A stretch of 64,000 nucleotides of DNA from Hyphochytrium catenoides (lineage: Eukaryota > Protista > Hyphochytriomycota). The first letter of the stretch is position 1. The number at the start of each line of letters is the position of its first letter. The DNA lies in contig FLMG01002622.1 of NCBI GenBank assembly GCA_900088475.1, forward strand, positions 62,001 through 126,000, in the 5' to 3' direction. Both the position numbers and the translations under genes were made by a program. The notes beneath the pieces were generated by a model. That model ran no database searches, was not told the DNA's origin, and was given only the letters and a program-made list of their open reading frames with translations. Shown here one piece after another: positions 12,940 through 25,718 of this stretch.

Positions 12940-13874
12940 CTTCCTCTTGCCCTTTCCAACTGTTCTCCACCGCAAAATTTTTCCTGCTACGACCGGCGTC
13001 TTCTCTTTTGCTTCTCTCTCTCTTTCAGCGTCTCGGGGAGTAGGAGAGCCAGACCTGATGTCCTCTAAAGAATCGAGGACGGAGGAAAAGGAGAGACTCG
13101 TTGCTGCTGGACGAGGGAGGAGAGACTGGGACCTCTAGAGACACCAAAGAGATTGACGTTGACTGATGATGGCAAAGCTTGGCTGCACTCAAGCACGGAC
13201 AATCGTATTGCACAGAAGAGAAGAGACACTTGCAGAGCTCGAGTATCGGAAAGGAGAGAGAGAGAGAGACCAGCAGAGAAAGAGAAGAGAGAAGAGAGAA
13301 ACCCAGAAAACTCTTCTTGCTCTTGCTTTCTTTCTATCTCTTTTCACTCTGTCTTCCAAACTATTCCCACGATACGGTTTCTAATTCTTACCTCTGTTGC
13401 AGTCTGTCTCTACTTTTTCAATAAATCTGCGGGTTGCTGTTCTGACTTTTTTCTGTCTGTCTCTTGTCTCAGTGTGAAGAAAACGACTCGCCTTCGGAAA
13501 GGTTTCAATAAGAGGAAATATTAACTCTGTCTCTCGGACGTTAAGAGCTCAACCCACCAGTACTGGTATGAAAGCTTCTGTATCTAATCTGCAATAATCC
13601 CAAGTGAAAGCTTCATTTTGCTCTACTATTACTAAAGCAAACCCTCAATTTGTGTTAGTTGAACTTCTTCTAGAGGGGCATATTATTACTTCACCTTATC
13701 AAAGCGACCAAGAAGGCGCTGGACCAGCTGGTGATCGCCTTTCCTTACAGCTGAGAGGAGGAGGAGACACACAGCAGCAAGCAGTCCATTGACAGTGAGC
13801 TGCTTGGTTGATCGCTGAAGCTTCAACAGCGGCTTCATCCTCATCATCAGGCACCAGCAGGCCAGAGTGTTCTC

Positions 13875-15000
13875 ATGGTTATCTAGAGAAAACGAGCAGT
13901 CAATGTTGCCTTGCAGGAGGAAGAAGGCAAGAAGATGCCACTGTTAATAATCAATATTCCTGCCTCCCAATCGTGGTTATCTAGAGAAGACAGGCAGGGG
14001 TCAGCAGTGTTGCCGCAGGAGGAAGAAGGCAAGAAGATGCCGCTATCTATGATCAATATTCCTGCCTCCCATCGTGGTTATCTATAGAAGACGAGAACGA
14101 AATCAAGTTGCCTTGCACGAGGAAGAAGGCAAGAAGATGCCACTGTTATTAATCAATATTTCTGCCTCCCATCATGGTGACCTATAGAAGACGAGAACGA
14201 AGTCAATGTTGCCTTGCAGAAGAAAGAAGGCAGGCAAGAAAATGCCATCATTAATAATCAATATTCCTGTCTGCCATCGTGGTTATCTATAGAAAAAACC
14301 GAGAACGAAGTCAATGTTGCCTTGCAGAAGAAAGAAGGCAGGCAAGAAGATGCCACTATCAACAGTAAATACTCCTGCCTGTCATCCATGGTGCGTGTTT
14401 GAAGACGACAAGTCAGTGTTTCCTTGCAGAAGAAAGAAAGAAGGCAAGAAGATGCCCCTATCAACAATAAATATTCCTGTCTCTTATCCATCCTGGTTCT
14501 TCATATACTAGAAGAGAGGAAGATCTCCCTATCACCAACCATAAATAACCTTGTCCCCATCCACCACGGTTCTTATCACTATAGAGGAGGAGGAAGGTTA
14601 ACTGTAAGCAACAGGTATTCTGCTGTCTCTCGTCACCGCTTATCTCTGCAGGAGAACAACAAGAGATGCCACTAAGCTATCACTGATACATCTTCCTGTT
14701 GTCTCTCATTCATGGCCCTTTCATGCTTATAGAGAAGGTCACACCGTCAACAACCGTCGTTCGTTCTCGCAATAATGGTTGTTTATAGGAGAAGAAGACT
14801 GCTGTCAACAGACATGCTTGTCTCCCATCACTACTCTTTGTTTATAGAAGGAAATCACTATGAGGAACGATGATGGATATTTGGTCTTTCATCGATGTTA
14901 AACGTCTATAGGAGGACAGAGGAATGCCACTGTCAGAAGGACCTTCAATCTTTCAACAATGATTGTTTGTGGGAAGAGAAGCCGCTGTCAACGACAACAG
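13875..15000. repeat. Degenerate tandem array: ~6 units of 100-108 bp (13875-14490), decaying rightwards into ~60-75-bp units
   Basis: Recurrent ttgccttgcag-aagaaggcaagaagatgcc-atcaatattcctgcctcccatcgtggttatcta, with anchors at ~13950, 14052, 14152, 14257, 14365 and 14467. Confidence 0.9.
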
Positions 15001-15639
15001 ATACTTTGACTCCCGTCTCTCTTCCTAAAGTACATGCAAGAAAATGTCCTTCTTTCCATGGGTTCAAAGTTTGGGGGCGAACAATCGATAGTAGCTCTAA
15101 TGATGACACAAGCGCGTAACGCAACTCATCATAGAAGCTCTCTAAAAAATGCAGCGATGTTTGTTCTAGGCTAGTAGTCATATCTGTCGATTGCCCTCTT
15201 TGCTCTATGCAACAGCATAATAGGGACTTGGTAACAAGGGCTAAAGGTACATAGGTAGATTTGTTCTTCCCTGCTCATCTGTCATCAGCTGCACCAAGAA
15301 GACGTAAAAGTAATGGACAAAAGGACTACTTATGAGCCGAAAGGAAACGATGGACAAGGAGATGATGGACTTACATCATCAACGCAGTCTTGGCCAAGAA
15401 AGCAGAGAGAAGGACGCAAATGGGGGGTCTAAGTAGCGGGCCTGAGAAGGCGACGAGCGGCCGAGAACCTCAAAAAGTGTGGGTCATTCCCGCAGAATCG
15501 AGCAAGCGACGAGGTTCACAATGTAACGACAAAGCAAAAGCGACATTAGCACTATTCCTGCGAGAAGTTAACTTTCTTTCACCAGAGAAGTGATGCAGAC
15601 TCTCGACGCAGCTGGACTGACACTGTGTACTCAGAAGGA

Positions 15640-15796
15640 GGAAAAAAGATAAAGAAGAAGAAAAAGAAGAAGAAGAGAGGAAGAAGAAGATGATGATAAT
15701 CAAGAAAAAGAAGACGAAGGAGAAGAAGAAGAAGAAGAGGAAGAAGAAGAAAAGGAAGAAGAGAAAGAAAAGGAAGAAGAAGAAGGAGAAGAAGAA

Positions 15797-15828
<32 letters not shown>

Positions 15829-15945
15829 GGAAGAAGAAGAAGAAGCAAAGAAGAAGGAGCAGGAGGAGGATAAGAACAAGAACAAGGAGAAGAAGAACAA
15901 GAAGAAGAAGAACAAGAAGAAGGAAAAGGAGAAGAAGAAAAGAAT
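15640..15945. repeat. (GAA)n-rich polypurine tract
   Basis: About 300 bp that is almost all A/G, dominated by the GAA triplet. Confidence 0.9.
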
Positions 15946-17344
15946 ATAGACGTGACGAAGGCTACAGAGTGCTGGAAACATTTCCAACACGGTCTCCTCC
16001 CTCCGCCATTCTTATCAGAAAAGGAATGATCATACCTGAACCTGTTTTTGAAAGAGCAACGCTTATAGTTCTAGTTCTACATATCTGAGGAGCAGTAGTG
16101 ACAAAGACGAAAAAAACTGTAGTGGAGTGAAGTGGAGCGCACCTTTTCTAGCCGTTAGCTCCACTACTCCACTCTACTGTACTTTGGCCTGTGTAGTCTT
16201 ATCGTACAAGAACAGGAACGGGAGTGAAGCGGTGGAGCAGGCCTCGAAAGCCGGTGAAGGAAAAATGGCGCGCACTAGGTTACACAAAGGTTCGCTCCAC
16301 TCCTTCCAATCCAGTAATCCATAGTGTCCAGCGGAGTACAAGTAGACTAGGAACTGTTATTCGACCGTACTTTCAAGGCGGATAGGCGGATACAAAAAAG
16401 AGGACGGAGTGGGACCTCCTAGCCCCACACCGTAAATTCAGATGGTGATCGGGTTCCTATGTTCTAGAACTCTGCTCACGTTTTTGTGCTATCTTGTTTA
16501 ACCCGCACGAAAGTACCACCAACCCTTAGATTATTAAACCTTATACCGAGACTAACTGATCTATGACTGATTGGCCCAGACATATATAGCTCTACAGGTG
16601 AGGTTTGGTAAACTAATGTGACCCTAGCAAGAACAAGATAGAGGTTGGCCGAAACCTAAGAAAATTTAGACCGTTATTCTATTAGGTTTGATAGCTTTGT
16701 TGACCACAAGATGCGCGGCCTGGCCCTAAATACTACAACAAGATAGGGGAGTTATTTAGGTACTAAATGGCTCTGTCTAGGGTTTGAAGAACTAGAAAAG
16801 GCGTCCAGCTTTCAGAAAATAGTAACTTGGCCTGGCCTTCCCTGTCTTTGCGCGTGTGCTAGAGACAGTGATAGACTACCGCCTGGACCACCAGCTGGAC
16901 CAGTGACCACTGTGACTCCTACCACAGTAATAAGAATCAGCTATCAAAGAGGTTTAGGATTTAGACAAGTGGTCACTGGTCATTCTCAGTCCTTTCTTGG
17001 CTTGTTCTAAATCCGTTCTCACCAAAGATCTGCCTAAGACAGAGTCAATAAAGAGATATCTTACTGTTGAGACAGAGCGTAAATGAGATAGGTAGAATAT
17101 AGTGTGTTAGACATGAAGGATGCATACACAGACTAGCCGTATAAATAACTGCTGATCGCGTGCGAGTGCATTAGAGTTTCGAAAGGTGAAAGGATGCAAA
17201 GTCGGGGCAGCCCCATCAAGTGTGGCCCTTGGCGTGAATAACTCATAGTTATATACAGGAGGAACGGCAAGGGCCAGCGACCCATAGACAAAAACAGGGA
17301 CAATTCGTCGCAAAGAAACTTCGCAACTTCTCTCCCACTTCCTT

Positions 17345-17396
<52 letters not shown>

Positions 17397-17818
17397 TTTT
17401 CTCTCTCTCTTTTTCTCTCTGTCTGTCTGTCTGTCTGTCTGTCTACTCTTTCTACTCTCTCTCTCTCTGTAACCTCTCTCTCTCCTCCTTTACGAGCTCT
17501 TTCTACGAGCTTCTTCCTCTCTCTCCCTCGCGCGCGTTCCCTCTCGCTTTCTCTCTCGTCTTTCTTCCTATTCATCACGGTCTGACAGTCTCTGCAAGCC
17601 CCTGACTGTTGAGTCGCTGTAAGGGCTGCTTTCTCATCTCATTCTCAAATCATCAGCCTCGGGCACAAACCAACTTCCAGCGCTACATCCAAGCCAAAGA
17701 ATCCAAGCACAAGCTACGTCAACAGGAAGAAAGAGACCAGCGCTGTCTTTCCCCTTAACAATCCCCTAACGCCAGCACATCAAGAAGTCTTCTGACTTTT
17801 CATCCAGCAACGAGAAAT

Positions 17819-18112
17819 ATGCATCCTACCGTCAGACTTTGGCTCTCAGACAAGGCCGCCTGGCCGATCATGGGCATTATCGGTGGTGCTCTTACCATGA
17901 TGACATTCGCTGGAAGCCGTTATGTACTTCGAGCTCCAGATGTCCGCTTTAGCAAAGAAGCAAGAGCAAACGGCCTCTACGAGAGAGAAAGAGAGGCAAA
18001 ACGGTTTGTCCAGCATAGAGAGAAGCTTGCCAACATCAAGGACAATCCTATCAACACCTACGCGGACCTGGGCTCTGCCTACTATCACCCTGAGCAGCAC
18101 AAAAAGCACTAG
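17819..18112 (+). CDS. NDUFA4: NDUFA4/B12D-family small mitochondrial membrane protein (intronless, 97 aa)
   Basis: WLSDKAAWPIMGIIGGALTMMTFAGSRYVLRAPDVRFSK: a Pro-initiated TM helix followed by R-x4-PDV, typical of the NDUFA4/B12D family. Confidence 0.8.
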   Translation: MHPTVRLWLSDKAAWPIMGIIGGALTMMTFAGSRYVLRAPDVRFSKEARANGLYEREREAKRFVQHREKLANIKDNPINTYADLGSAYYHPEQHKKH

Positions 18113-18802
18113 ACAACTCTCAGGAAATGGAAAGCAAAGACCAGATATGTCTCTCTTTCCTCGCTTTCCCGCCCTTAGCCGTATTTATTAGAAGCTTCAC
18201 AGACAGCAGTAGCACCATATGATAGCCTCCTAGAGAATCCCAATAACTATAAACTAGCATGATGTTCCCCTTTCTACCCATGTCGCTCTCCTAATCTTTT
18301 CCCTTGCTGGCGCTAATAACTCCATTTCTACTCAATTCTTTCTCATTCCTCTTGCTCGCGCTCAGTCTATCTCCCTCTCTTGCTGCCTCCGCACTTTCCT
18401 GGCGTCATAGATAGATCTTCAATTCTCTGCTATTTTCTCTCTCTTCCTTCTTATTTGTCTCTAAAAGATGGGCAGTAGAGGAACAATCAAAGGGTAAAGA
18501 GAAGCGAAAGTGAAGAAGCTGCGCTTCGATTCTCTCCTCTGTCTCCCACTTCCTCCAAACAGGGTTACCACGAATAAATTAGTCCAATAAATAAAGAAAG
18601 AAATGGGAACCGAGAGAGACGAGAGAAAGTTGCAGAACTAGAGAGAGAGCGAGATGAAAAGACATCCATAGAAGCAGGAATACCAAGAAACAAAGAGACA
18701 GGAAAGAGTCAACAGCTCTAAGAACGAATGGAAAAAAGTGCGACCAGGCGCCGAAGGAGCCCAAAGAAAAGAGAAAGCAAGAGAAGCGCAATGGAAACAA
18801 CG

Positions 18803-18843
<41 letters not shown>

Positions 18844-18891
18844 AGAGAAAAGGTCAAAAGCCCGTCTCTTGAGTTTTATCGTCTTTCGCCG

Positions 18892-19373
18892 TCATAGGTG
18901 TTGGTCCTGTCCAGCATAGAGCTCACAGTGTCTGTGGGCTCTTAGAAACTCTAAGAGAGAGAAAGGGGACGCGTCTGCAGGTCCCATGATTATCTCTCTT
19001 TTCTGTCTATCCCATAGAGGGACAGGAATAGGAGAAGAGATCTGTTGATGATGCTCTTCCTCTTCCATTTCTCTCTCGATTTCTGCCTCCATCTCTGCAT
19101 CTGAATCCTCTGCAGCGTCTCGGCGTTCATCTTCTGAATGTAAAGAGAAGATTAGCTAACAAAAAGAAGAGGCTGAAAGAGACAGGAAGAAACAGAGTGG
19201 AAGAAAGAAACATCATAGAGATAGAGAGAGGACAGAGAAGAGAAGAGGGATTAAGCGAGGATACACTGAGACGCGAGAGAAGCCAGACCGAGAGAGAAAA
19301 AAAGAGAGACAAACAAGGCTGGCAGACAATAGCCAACGTGGTCAAAGTTGCGAGGAAGGGAGGAAAAAAACAA

Positions 19374-19410
<37 letters not shown>

Positions 19411-20132
19411 CTACCTCTCTTTCTGATTTTCCACTGGCGATTAAGTGCCAAGAAAGCTGGACAATGAATCAACAAAGGCGCAGCGACTCCAACGAGAAGC
19501 TTTCCCGTCTCTCTCTCTTTCAAGGTCACTCTCTCTCTCAAACCTTTCCCTTCTCTCTGCATCTCTCTCAAGTCTGCGGCTATCTCGTGAAGCTCTGGAT
19601 CATTGGAAGACTCGAGGCGAAGAAGCTCTGTCTCCAGAGCCTCAATATCTTCTCTCTTCTTCCTCTCTTCCATCTCTCTCTCTCTCTCTCTCAAGCCCAA
19701 ATCTCCGAAATTGAGGTGCAGACTTTCCGAATCTAATTCCATGGCAATAACGCTTCCGTACTCTTCCATGTCTCGACCGCCGAAAATTGCTCTTAGCTCC
19801 TCTGTAATTTTCGGGATGAGTGCGGCAGTGCTGGTGTCTGGGCGGAGATCTATCGCCGAGACCAGAGATTTGACCTGCGCGACGAGCATCGGAAGAGAGA
19901 AAGGAAGAAGAGGAATAGAGTCTGGGGACAGAGGAGAAGAGAGAGAGAGAGAGAAAGAGAGAGTGAGAGACAGAGAAAGAGAGAAAGAGAGAGAAAGAAG
20001 GTATTAAGAGAGGGAATTAGGCGCAGACATATAAGAGAAAAAGAGAGAGAGAAAAAAAAAGAGAGAGAAAGAGAGAGAGAGAAGAGAGAGAGAGAGAAGA
20101 GNNNNNNNNNNNNNNNNNNNNNNNNNNNNNNN

Positions 20133-20166
<34 letters not shown>

Positions 20167-20436
20167 CAAAAGAGACAAGCAATAAGCAACATAGAGAAAG
20201 AGCATCAGCAGAAGAAAGAGAAGGCGAAAGAAGGCAAGGGAGAAGAAGAATGCCTTGTCAGTAAGGGGCCAAAAACGAGATGAAGAAGCGAGGTAGTTGA
20301 TATGGGAATTATCATTCAAGATCATGCACAGATCGAGAGAAGCACCCAGGGAGGGGGAGCAGAGAAAGAGAGAGAGAGAGGCAATAGTGAAACTTGAGAT
20401 CGAGAGCCTGAGCAGCTAAGACACAGACTGATGGAA

Positions 20437-20467
<31 letters not shown>

Positions 20468-21425
20468 GAGAGAGCGAGAGAGAGCGAGAGCGAGAGNNNN
20501 NNNNNNNNNNNNNNNNNNNNNNNNNNNNNNNNNNNNNNNNNTTGACGGGGACGGTACAGAGAAGGAGTGGGAAGAGAGACAGACAGTGATAGAGGGAGAG
20601 AGAGAGGGAGACATTAAAGAAATGTAGAGGGAGCACCTAAAGGAGGCATCTTACCTTTTCCCTCAGATCTGGCATGAGCTCCTTCCAGTCCTGTCCGACA
20701 GAGAGAGCGGACATATTCTTCGACTACCACGCCTGTAGCCAAACCGTGAGGATGGGACAAGAAAGGGAAGAAACCAAGAGAGAGACACAGAAAGAGAGGC
20801 GCGAGGGACGGTGAGCAAAGCCCTGTAACAGATATATTAGAATGAGAGAGAAAGAATAGAAGAGAGAGAGAGAGAGAGGGAGAGTACGAAAGAAAGAGAG
20901 AGAAACACACCTAGCGCTATTAAGCACGAAGGGTCTAGTGCGTGTTGCAGCTCTGGAAGGCTCTCTACTTTTTCACTAGCGATCTGAGCGATATATTGCA
21001 GAAGATCCTGTGGGAAGAGAAAGAGAGAAAAGAGAGAGAAAGAGAGTGAGCAACACTTACATTGACTATCAAGATCGAGAGTGAGAGAGAAGTGGCCACG
21101 TATACGACAAGCAGTGACAGGACCATACGGTGAAGGTTATGGAAGAAAAGAGGAGACAGAAGAATGGAGAGGGAAAGGGAGAACAAAGAGAGAAAGGAAA
21201 GAGAGAGAGAAAGGAAAGAGAGAGAGAAAGGAAAGAGAGAGAAGAAATGGAGGCAAACAGGGCCGAGGCCTATGAACTTACTTCGTTCCTAGGGGCGACA
21301 GCGTCTAGCTCTGAGGAAGCGACAGAGACGACAGACAAAGAAGAGACAATGTGTTAGGGTAACTGGGAGGGCACAGCTAGTGCGGAGAAAGGGACAGAAC
21401 GACAACGGCAAGATAGGGAAAAGAA

Positions 21426-21464
<39 letters not shown>

Positions 21465-22927
21465 GAATTACGGAGAGAGAGAGAGATGACGCTTACCTGC
21501 TAAGGTATCAAGAGCTTCCAGACTCTTCTCGACATTCCACATCTGTATATAAAGGCGGCCATTAGGTAAGAAGCAAACTAAGGGTGAGAGACGAAGGACT
21601 GGCATACAGAGCGCAGAAGAAAGAGAATGAAAGAGAGAGAGAGAGAAAGAAAGGAAGAGAATGCGCCAAGAGAGCATGCTGAATAGTTTTCATGCGGAGA
21701 GAAGAGACGAGAAAGGAATCCAAAGACAGAGAGATACAGGAAGGACCAGGTTCTAGTAAGAGAGGAGAGAAAGAGAAGGAAATGGAAAGATACGATCAGA
21801 GAGAGGAGAGAGAGAGAGAGAGGGAGACAGAAAGAGAGAGATTATGCTATGACAGGGCCTGTAGCGCACCTGGTCGGCTGTCCAAGGCCGTTCAATTCCT
21901 CCGTCTTGGCCGTTATAAGGCTCACAATCGGGATGACGAGCCAGAAAATTCGCAAGATGGGAGAGAGACGGGCAGAAAGGAAGAGAGAGTCTTTGCTTTC
22001 TCTTTCGGTTCCAGATGGCAACACGTTTCTCTCTCTTTCCTTTTCCTTTCTTTCTCTTCTCTGACTCCTCGTCTTCCTCTCCTTCTTCCTCGTCATCTTC
22101 CTCGTCGTCTTCCTCTTCTCCATCTTCTTCGTCCTCTGCTTCGTCGTCTTCTTCTCTCTCTTCGCTATCTTCTTTCTCCTCTACTTCTTCGTCTTCGTCT
22201 CTCTCTTCCTCTTCCTCGTCGAGTTCTTCTTTTTCCTGGTCTTCTTCTTCGCTCTCTTCTCCTTCTCTCTTTCCCTCATTTATTGGCTCATCCCATTCCT
22301 CTGTTTCTCTAAGAATGCTGGTGGGAGGAAAAACTCTTCTCCTCTTGCTCTTCGGCCGAATGGTTACGGCAGATGGCTGATGAGGGAAGAGAGAGAGAGA
22401 GGCAGCGAGAAAGAGGGAGAAGGAGGCATAGAGGGTTGGAGACAGAAAAGAGAGAGCGTGAGAGAGAGAGAGAGAGAGNNNNNNNNNNNNNNNNNNNNNN
22501 NNNNNNNNNNNNNNNNNNNNNNNNNNNNNNNNNNNNNGAGAGAGAGAGAGAGAAAGAGAAAACGAGGGAGAAAGAGAAAGAGAGAGGACCGGAGTATATC
22601 CATAGAGAAAGACGGCAAAGAAAGACGTCAGCGCTAAATAACGGAAAGAAGGGGAGAAGCAGGGAAAGTGACCACTCAGGGCATTGAGAAAGAGAGAGAG
22701 AGAGAAACGAACAGGAAGCGAGAGAGAAAGGAGGAGGGAGAGAGAGACAGAGACACACACAGAGAGAGAGAGAGAGAGAGAAGGGTAGAAGAGAACGAGC
22801 GGATACGGAAGGGAAAAGATGAGAGAGAAAGAGAGTGCAGAGAGAATGGCCTTACCAGTCTAGAAGAGGCAGCGCTACCCTCTTCTTCCCTTCTCTCTCT
22901 CTCTTCATCCCAGTTCCTTGTGTCCAT
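18892..22927 (-). CDS. Multi-exon nuclear/chromatin-type protein: acidic tract, BRK-like domain, Rrn10-like helical motif, coiled coil, second BRK-like domain
   Basis: Phase-consistent exons at ~22927-22856, 22376-21870, 21542-21497, 21309-21281, 21007-20911 and 20733-20654, then ~19874-19415 and 19133-18892. At least one linking exon is missing, probably in an N gap. Repeated module: RVAIWNRKRKQRL...LANFLARHPDCEPYNGQD and VPLWDRQKREII...LLEFLRAHRHCELYAGQD. Confidence 0.7.
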
Positions 22928-23313
22928 TGCTTCTGCAGTCCTTACCTCCTCCCCCGCCTCTCCTGCGCCTCGAGGCTCATTCCTTTCTTCTTAGGACGGC
23001 GTACTGGAGCCCCCGCTGGTCATCTTCCCGTCTCTCTGTCTCTCTCTCTTTCTCTCTCTCCTTTCTCTGTGAAATTGCTCTCCTTTTTTGCTCCTGCACT
23101 CTCTTCTTCTGCAAGTGTTCTGCTGTGGGTTCGACTAGGAAAGGCTTTTCATTTGCAGAGGCAGATTGGTAGTCGGGAGAAATGTCCAGATGATGAAAAG
23201 AGAAGAGAGTAAGAGAGAGAGAGAAAGGAGAGAGAGGGGAAAAGGGAAGAGGAGAGCGAGCGAGCGAGCAAGAGTGAAAGGAGAGAGAAAGGAAAGGGAA
23301 GGGAGAGTGAGAG

Positions 23314-23349
<36 letters not shown>

Positions 23350-23540
23350 AGAGATCATAACATGGTAAAGCGCCGCTGCACAGAGGATATTACCAATAAA
23401 TGTAAGCCTTTTTACATGATTTTAAGCGGTTCACTTGACTTTATTTGAGATATAGCCCCTCTAGCTGCTCCCTGGTAGTACTGTAGTGATAATGATTGTA
23501 TGTACTTGTAGGACCATTAACAGAGACGGAGGAATAGGCT

Positions 23541-23598
<58 letters not shown>

Positions 23599-23871
23599 AA
23601 AAGAGAGAGGGAGAAAAAGAGAACAAGAAGCAGAAGAGGATGTGACGAAGAAGAGGAAGTCCGAATGAAGAAGAGAATGAACAAAAGGGTAAAAGAGGAG
23701 GACAGAACGATGATGATGATGAATAAACAGATTTACTTTTGAAACGAAGAGGAGGAAACATAAGAAAGGGAAGTCATGGAAGGAGAGTAGAAAGCTATAA
23801 AGAAAGTAACAAAGAGAGAGGGGAGAAAGCAAGAAGCTGATGGAAGAAGGGGAAGAAGCTTCTCTCTCTCT

Positions 23872-23948
<77 letters not shown>

Positions 23949-24516
23949 GCTCCCTATCTATCTATTTTTATAGCTTATGGCATTTTTCAATATTGTTCCT
24001 CTCTTCCACTTCTCTCTCTTCTACTTCGCTGGTGTTGTCTCTATTGACCCTTCTCTTATCTCTCTCTCTGCTTACTAGCTCTCATCATCTCCTAGTCCTT
24101 TAGATTGATTCTCCTCTTCCCACTCGCTCTTTGTCTCTTCTTCTCTCTCTTTCTCTCTCTCTTTCATTATCGATCCTTCTCTTGCTCACTTTTCTCTCTT
24201 TCTCTTCCCAGCACCAAGGCGCCTAGTGATACCAAAAGGACAGGGATATCTACTAGTCTGTTCGAAACAGAGCGCCACCTGTCGAGGGTTAAGGAGGAGA
24301 GAGAGAGAGATTGAGAGAGAGACAGGCCCAGAGTTTCCCGCTTCTCTTATGATACGACGGGCTCTCTCTCTATCTTGAAGTTTTTGGTCTCTTCTCTGTC
24401 TTCTTCGATTTTGAAGCTTTCTTCTGCATGAGCGCTCTCTCTCTCTCTCCGTCGTCTTCACATTTTCTTCTCCGCCTCCGCTCATGATGCTCTCTTCTTC
24501 CTTTATCTTTTCTTCT

Positions 24517-24552
<36 letters not shown>

Positions 24553-24932
24553 TCCTCTTTCGCCATCAGCTCTGCTACGACCTCCGATGGACTCCGTCCG
24601 TCCAGTCTTCTTCTCTTATTACTCTTGATATTCCTCTGTCTCCCTCTTTCTCGTCCACTGTCTCTCCTTTTAGAAGTTCACGGGAGAGAGACCGAGAAAG
24701 CCTGCTAAGCCCTTATTTCCCTCTATGACCGAGTCAAAGAGAGAGGAGGACAGCCTATGTCTGTCCCTGCCACCACGACGACTGCGAGGAGGCGAAGAAG
24801 AGAGCAGGACAGATGATCTAATATCAGCCGGTTGCCAAGAACAGGAGGAAAGAGAGAGGATTAAGAAGAAAGAGAGAGAGAGAGAGAGAGAGAGTTAGAC
24901 TAAGTTCACCTTTTCTTCACTGTTCTTCGTTC

Positions 24933-25021
24933 TTATTAATATTCATGTTTCTCATCCCTTCTAGGAAAGCCCGTCGTAGCTCTCATTATCAAGAGGCTTA
25001 AAGGGAGAGAGAGAGAGAGAT

Positions 25022-25098
<77 letters not shown>

Positions 25099-25175
25099 CA
25101 CTAATTATTATTCATGTCTGTCTTCCTTTCTAGGGAAGCCCGTCGTAGCTCTCATTATCAAGAGGCTTAAAGGGA
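24933..25175. repeat. Direct repeat of ~75 bp separated by a (GA)n/(GATA)n microsatellite
   Basis: aagcccgtcgtagctctcattatcaagaggcttaaagggagaga occurs at ~24967 and ~25136. Confidence 0.9.
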
Positions 25176-25183
25176 GAGAGAGA

Positions 25184-25248
<65 letters not shown>

Positions 25249-25718
25249 GAGAGAGAGAGAGAGAGAAAGAGAGAGAAAGAGAGAGAGAAAGAGAGAAAAA
25301 GAGAGAGAGAAAGAAAGGGAGAGAGAGAGAAAATAGTGGCCTCTTAATCTATGGAAGAAGAGACAGATAGCACTCGGTCTCGCGGTACTCTAGGGCAAGA
25401 AGCCCTTATCTCTTATTACTCTTTATTATAAAGAATGTAAATTCATATGTATGGAGACACTGCGGCCATAACTCTTCCTCTTCCTTTCTCTCACTCGATC
25501 TCTCTCTCCCGCTTTTCTCTCTCTCTCTCTCTCTCTGTTTTTTCCTTGAGGAGAAGACTGAGAAGAGAGAGACTGTGATCGCTAGTGCATGATTTTCAAA
25601 GAGAGCAATGTGAATATTATTTATGGCAAAAGAGAGAGGAACAATCATCGAGAGAGAGGAGAGAGAGAGACGATCTTCCTTCTCGTTAAAAAGATGAGAG
25701 CCTTTCCGGCAGGGCTCC

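Noticed and set aside
13875-14490. CRISPR-like array
   Set aside because: Whole units are homologous, with no unique spacers and no cas genes, and the context is eukaryotic.
15690-16088. Lys/Arg-rich 132-aa ORF
   Set aside because: It is a product of the (GAA)n tract, with no supporting gene structure.
24186-24780. Possible minus-strand gene with a TCCTTAAC...CAG U12-like acceptor at ~24296-24279
   Set aside because: There is no matching RTATCC donor and no coherent exon chain.
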